From Basidiobolus meristosporus CBS 931.73 (Eukaryota; Fungi; Basidiobolomycota), in the NCBI GenBank assembly GCA_002104905.1, contig MCFE01000278.1, forward strand, positions 40,840 through 104,839: a stretch of DNA of 64,000 bases, in the 5' to 3' direction. Made by a program: the position numbers and the translations under genes. Under the pieces are notes generated by a model, which was not told the origin of the DNA, made no database searches, and worked only from the letters and a program-made list of their open reading frames with translations. Numbering within the stretch: position 1 is the stretch's first letter; each line of letters starts with the position of its first letter. Below, one piece after another: positions 59,217 to 64,000 of the stretch.

Positions 59217-61447
59217 ATGATACCTTCGTCCGTTATATTCTCCATCATCTTGGTTGTCTTTGTGAAATACAAATGGTTCTCGGAGTCTCGACCAGGAATG
59301 TTCCGGAGCCTTCCCAAGATCCCCGATCTTACCGTCGCACTCCGGATGCTTGGTGGAATGGAGATGGCGGATATTATCGAGAAATATTTTATCCCGAAAC
59401 TACGTGAGCATGGCATTGCGCGAGTACGTGCCAACCAGTTATATCCAATGGATGCTAAGCTAATCATGTACCCCACAGACGTACATCAAAGGAGTATCCG
59501 GAGTGATGGTAATCAATCAATGATCAGCAGCGTGATTCTTTCTGGCCCTGACTGATACGCTTCTTTCTTAGGTTTCCAAGTTGGAGTATTTCAAGCAAAT
59601 CTACCGAGACACAGGTACAGCCCAAGAGTAGCCCTGGTCAAACGAAGGTTTTCTGATATGCTTTCAGCGACGTTTCCGAAGGTCCCGCTTACTTCAGTCA
59701 AGTACTCCCTCAACTACAAGTTCGTGGGAGCAAACATCATTTTTACGTAAGTAGAGGCACATGCTACTTGGTGCCATACCACCTCCAAGTAGATTATTCG
59801 TCACCATATCGCTTCCACATAGATTGTTCATTACCGTGCTATCTCTAACCTTCCAACTCTCTGACCCATCAGGAATGGCAAGGTTAGAAGAATCCATATC
59901 TATGCTGCATTTGTGCAGGAAAAGTAATGCCGTCGTAGGAATGGAAGCTGCGCCGTGAGATTGTTTGGCCGATATTTCAATTGGGTTGGGAGCCATCAAG
60001 TATCGGTGGAGTAGTGCTTGATTTCTTCAAGGAGTTGGACACTAAGAAGGCGATTCCCGACATGTATCATGCCATACAACTGTAGGTGTTCAGCTATTCC
60101 AGGGCCATGTTCCAGGTCCGGCTTACATATTGCTTCTAGGATGACCTTAGATATTCTGGGGAAAGTCCTCTACGGGTACAACTTTGAGGTATGGCCAGAT
60201 TTGTTGGGCTCGGCTGCTTAGTAATGACCAAAACCGATAGGCAATCCAAAACCCGGAAAGTGAGCATGTCACTACGTATTATGTAGCAACCAAAGCTGCT
60301 CTCGATATGATGTACATCTCGTTCCCAATATTAGACCGCTTCATATTCGGAAAGAGGAAGAGGGAGCTGGACGCTGTGGAACGCTTTCGGGATTGGCTAG
60401 GAAATCTAGCCATCGAAAAGAAAGCTGCGCTCAGCCACGAGCCAGGCAACCACCGATTTAATGACCTACTTTCTGTTCTTGTCAAAGCATGGTCGGAAAA
60501 ACAATTAAGCTTCGATGAAATGCTCGTAGGTCAATCCCGTATCAGCTTGATGAGCATAAAAATTAAGAAGCTTTTGTTCGATCTAGAATGAAGCGGTTGT
60601 TCTCAGTATTGCCGGTCACGGTAAAAGCGACCACTTTTCAATCGTTGGAAATGGCGATCCATTACTAATACCAAATCAAAAGATACAACCGCCTCCTCGT
60701 TGTCATCCGTGATTTATGTACTGGCGAAGTATCCAGCAATTCAAGAGAAAGTCCGAGAAGAAGTTAACCGCGTGCTCAAGTCCCATGCCTCTACCGAAGA
60801 CATCCCATCAACCGCAGAAATCAAGAGTATTTTCCGACCATGATGCTATCTTCAATACATCTATCTAACCCCGATCCGGTAGTGTTACACTACCTTGAAG
60901 CTACCATCAAGGAGAGCATGCGGCTGTATCCCCCTGCGCCCATACTGCCAACCAGAATGGCTGCTTGTGATACCATGCTTGGGCAGATACCTATTCCCAA
61001 GGGAAGCTTGATTACCCTGAACATCTATGCTCTCCAGCGGGACGAGCAGTATTGGGAAAATCCAACAATGGTGGATCCGGAGAGATGGCTGAATTCTGGA
61101 GGTCAAGTTCAGGACCTCCCAGCCTGGTGCCCCTTCACCAACGGCTCTAGGCTTTGTAAGCGTGTGTACTAGGAGTATTTGTCCGTGAATGTGTACTGAA
61201 CTGTCTCTAGGTATTGGCAAGAGTTTTGCGATGAACGAAATGAAGATCGTGCTTTCCATGCTGGGTAAATGCTCAAGCTTGAAAGCCTAGGGTATCACTT
61301 AATAACATTTTGATTCATTCTCCAGTGCGAAGGTACTCCTTTTCGCTGCCCGAGGGAAGTCCACATCAGGAAACAATCCAATTTGGGTCTTCTGTCGTTT
61401 TCAACCCTCAGAAGTTGGAAATTCTTTACTCCAAATTAGTCGGATAA
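59217..61447 (+). CDS. Cytochrome P450 monooxygenase, 13 exons, apparently intact
   Basis: TATAAAA at 59180. N-terminal membrane anchor. Twelve GT-AG introns can be spliced without frameshift to give EWKLRR (C-helix), MTLDILG, IAGHDTTA (I-helix), KESMR (ExxR), DPERW and the heme motif PFTNGSRLCIG. Stop TAA at 61445-61447. Confidence 0.93.
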
Positions 61448-61937
61448 TCCTAGAAAGATCCCGACACCACTCTACTTGTTTGTGATTATTGAACCCCCTC
61501 TGGAAGCAGTTCACTTCCTTATTGAAAATGATGAGTTCCAATCTGAAATTCGTTCATGTCCGTATCGAGAATAATCAATTCCAGGCTGGAAACAGCAGTT
61601 AATCTTAATGAAACGCACCGAGAATACCAAGTCTTCAATAAAAGCATTGTTGGATCTTTTACCTATCTGTAGCAAGCTTTTGATGGTCAAGAAATTGCCA
61701 ATTGGTGTGGAGATCCATAGTAGCTGATCCTAGTAGCTATGTGCCATGGAGCGTCCTAGTCAAACATGCACAGCCAATAATGAAGTCATAATACCGCATT
61801 GACAGGAGGTCCCAAACCTTTGACTCAGGGATGCCCCTCCTTGAACACAGGTCAGTATGCTATGGAGTGCATAGAAGTGAGGTGGGGCAGAGGGGCTATA
61901 TATATTGGCCCCTCCAATCATCAACAGTAGCCTGTTG

Positions 61938-64000
61938 ATGCAAGGTCTATTAAATATCGAGCAAAGCGGACAACAGCACAGCCAACAGTATCCTCAGGAA
62001 GTACCCGACGCAGTGCACCAACGTCGCTCTACAAAAATCCAGTCCAGGAAGATGAAAAATCAATCAAATGGTGGCTTTCCTCTCGACTTCATACTGGACA
62101 ATATGAGCAAGAGTAACGAGGCCGAATGCTCGACTTTCTATATTCCTCAAGAGTTGAGATGCCAGCTACAAAGCTTGAGCCTACAAGAGAACGTCCCTCT
62201 CTCTACTGTATTACTAGCAGCTTTCCTTGCTCTTATTCAGATTTATGCCAACCAAGGGGAAGCCTCTATTGCCATACCATTACGGGGACTAAATCCGGAA
62301 ACTATACGTGTGCACCACATGCGTATCTCGCGAGAGTATACGGTCAGGAAGCTTTTAGCTATTGTGGCGAAAGACCAGCTTGCCGAGTCGCCAACCATGC
62401 AGACTGAACAGCTAAGAACAGATCCCTCGGTTCAACTGTTGTTCAGCTTCAGTGACAACCCACCCACAGCGGAACCAGCTGTTGGAAATCAGACTACTTG
62501 CCTTGCGATCGAGCTTTATTTTCAACAGTCCGAATCAGCCTTGAATGGGTTCATTAGGTACCGAAAAGGCAGCTTCGAGCATCGCTCGATTCAAATGCTG
62601 ACTAAGCACTTCCTCAATCTTCTAGCAAGCTTTGTGGAGAATCCCAGTCAATGCGTTGAAGAGATCGACGTTATTGACGAAGACGAACGACAGAAACTTT
62701 TGGCGTGGAATGATACATCTAATGGCCCGACAATGGTACGATGATCGATTGTTTGCCCCACCAAGCATCAACAAACCCCGAAAACCGGGCGGTGCATTCC
62801 GAGATCAATATCTCACCTATGCAGAGCTTGATGACCGCTCCAGCAAACTGGCGAGACACCTGCTTCACTTAGGGGTGCGGCAGGAAATGATAGTTGCAGT
62901 CTGCATGGAACGATCACCATTTTTGATTATTTCGTATCTAGCCATACTGAAAGCTGGGGCGCGTATCTACCCATTGATCCCAGCTATCCCAAGTGAGCGA
63001 ATAGAGTTCATGCTGACGGATTCAGGGTGCTCTATTGTGTTGGCGGAAAGGCCCTCAGACAACCTGCCTCTGTTGACGTCGGTCAGGCGGCTCTACGTCG
63101 AACAAGATTGGGAAGTGATTGTGAAGGAGGGAAGCGCAGCAGGGACATCCCCAAAGGTTGCTACCCCTGCCAGCCTCGCCTACATGATGTACACATCGGG
63201 CTCTACCGGTGTACCAAAAGGCGTCTTAATAGAACAGCATTCGGTGATCCGATTGGTGTGGCAACGCGTCCTATTTCCAAGCCTCCACTCACGACAGAAT
63301 AGCGCAGATCGTCAATACCTCATTTGACCCTTCTACGCACTAGAGATCTGGTCGGCTCTGCTGAATGGAGGCCACGCTTGTGTGCATCAGTCGTGCAAGT
63401 ACGCTTGGATTTGGCCTTGTTGGAAAAAGAAGTTGTCCAAGCATGGCATTACCGCAATGGTGGCGCCGACAGCCTTATTCAACCCAAATCATGATAAATA
63501 GGCCTGCGCTACTGCGCCCTTTAAAGTGCGTCATGTTTGGCGGTGAGGCAGCCAATCCAAAGCTGGTTCGTAAATTCCTGGACCTGAAGCCTCGTGGACG
63601 GCTCCTTGAACCTGTATGGTATCACCCGAAGTCACCGTCTGCTCAACCTGGTTCGAGGTCACTGCGGTATCAGAACCGGGTTCCGCAGATTGGGCCAGCC
63701 GATTGCCAACAGCAGGGCTTACGTGCTGAACCACAACCTCAAGCTAGCCCCAATAGGCGCTGTAGGGGAATTGTATCTTGCTGGGGAAGGTTTGGCTCGA
63801 GGCTACCTGCACGCATCTGAAGAGAGATTCCTCATCAATCCGAACGCTGAATTCCAAAACGAAAGGATGTTCCGGACCGGGGATTTGGTCCGAAGAAGAT
63901 GCGATGGTAACCTCGAGTATTTAGGCCGCGTGGATGATATGGTGAAGATTCGTGGCCACCGAATCGAGCTATCGGAAGTGCAGAATGCTATAGCGGAGCA
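61938..64000 (+). CDS. Non-ribosomal peptide synthetase, 5' part: partial condensation domain plus adenylation domain (runs off window; many single-base indels)
   Basis: TATATATA at ~61895. C-domain-like [10 protein letters not shown] and ELYF...LNGFIRY...F...SIQML. A-domain cores [51 protein letters not shown] and [16 protein letters not shown]. No introns seen. Confidence 0.9.

Noticed and set aside
59075-59476. ORFs 59075-59407 (+) and 59168-59476 (-) as separate genes
   Set aside because: They overlap P450 exon 1 in other frames; the P450 frame has the anchor, TATA box and splice sites.

Overview
Eukaryotic, almost certainly fungal, DNA with two sharply separated compartments. (1) Bases 1 to ~57,000 are a CpG-depleted, multiply nested transposon graveyard. 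It holds a chromodomain Ty3/Gypsy element (3879-9566), two full-length copies and two solo LTRs of a second Gypsy family, and a nearly intact Ty1/Copia (36087-40772) plus an older relative. It also holds solo LTRs of two further families, split remnants of two other Gypsy elements, a ~740 bp fold-back element, and at least six copies or fragments of a CACTA/EnSpm-like (tnp2-type) DNA transposon. That transposon has CCCTATGAAA termini and carries a second, unidentified gene head-to-head with the transposase. All TE reading frames carry stops or frameshifts. (2) From ~57,050 to the end CpG is abundant and there are three host-type genes: an unidentified minus-strand gene, an apparently intact 13-exon cytochrome P450 (59217-61447) and the 5' part of an intron-less, bacterial-type NRPS (truncated C domain plus A domain) that runs off the window. 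The NRPS has many single-base indels that look like consensus errors. No rRNA, tRNA or CRISPR array was found. All counts and alignments were done by eye; no database searches were run.
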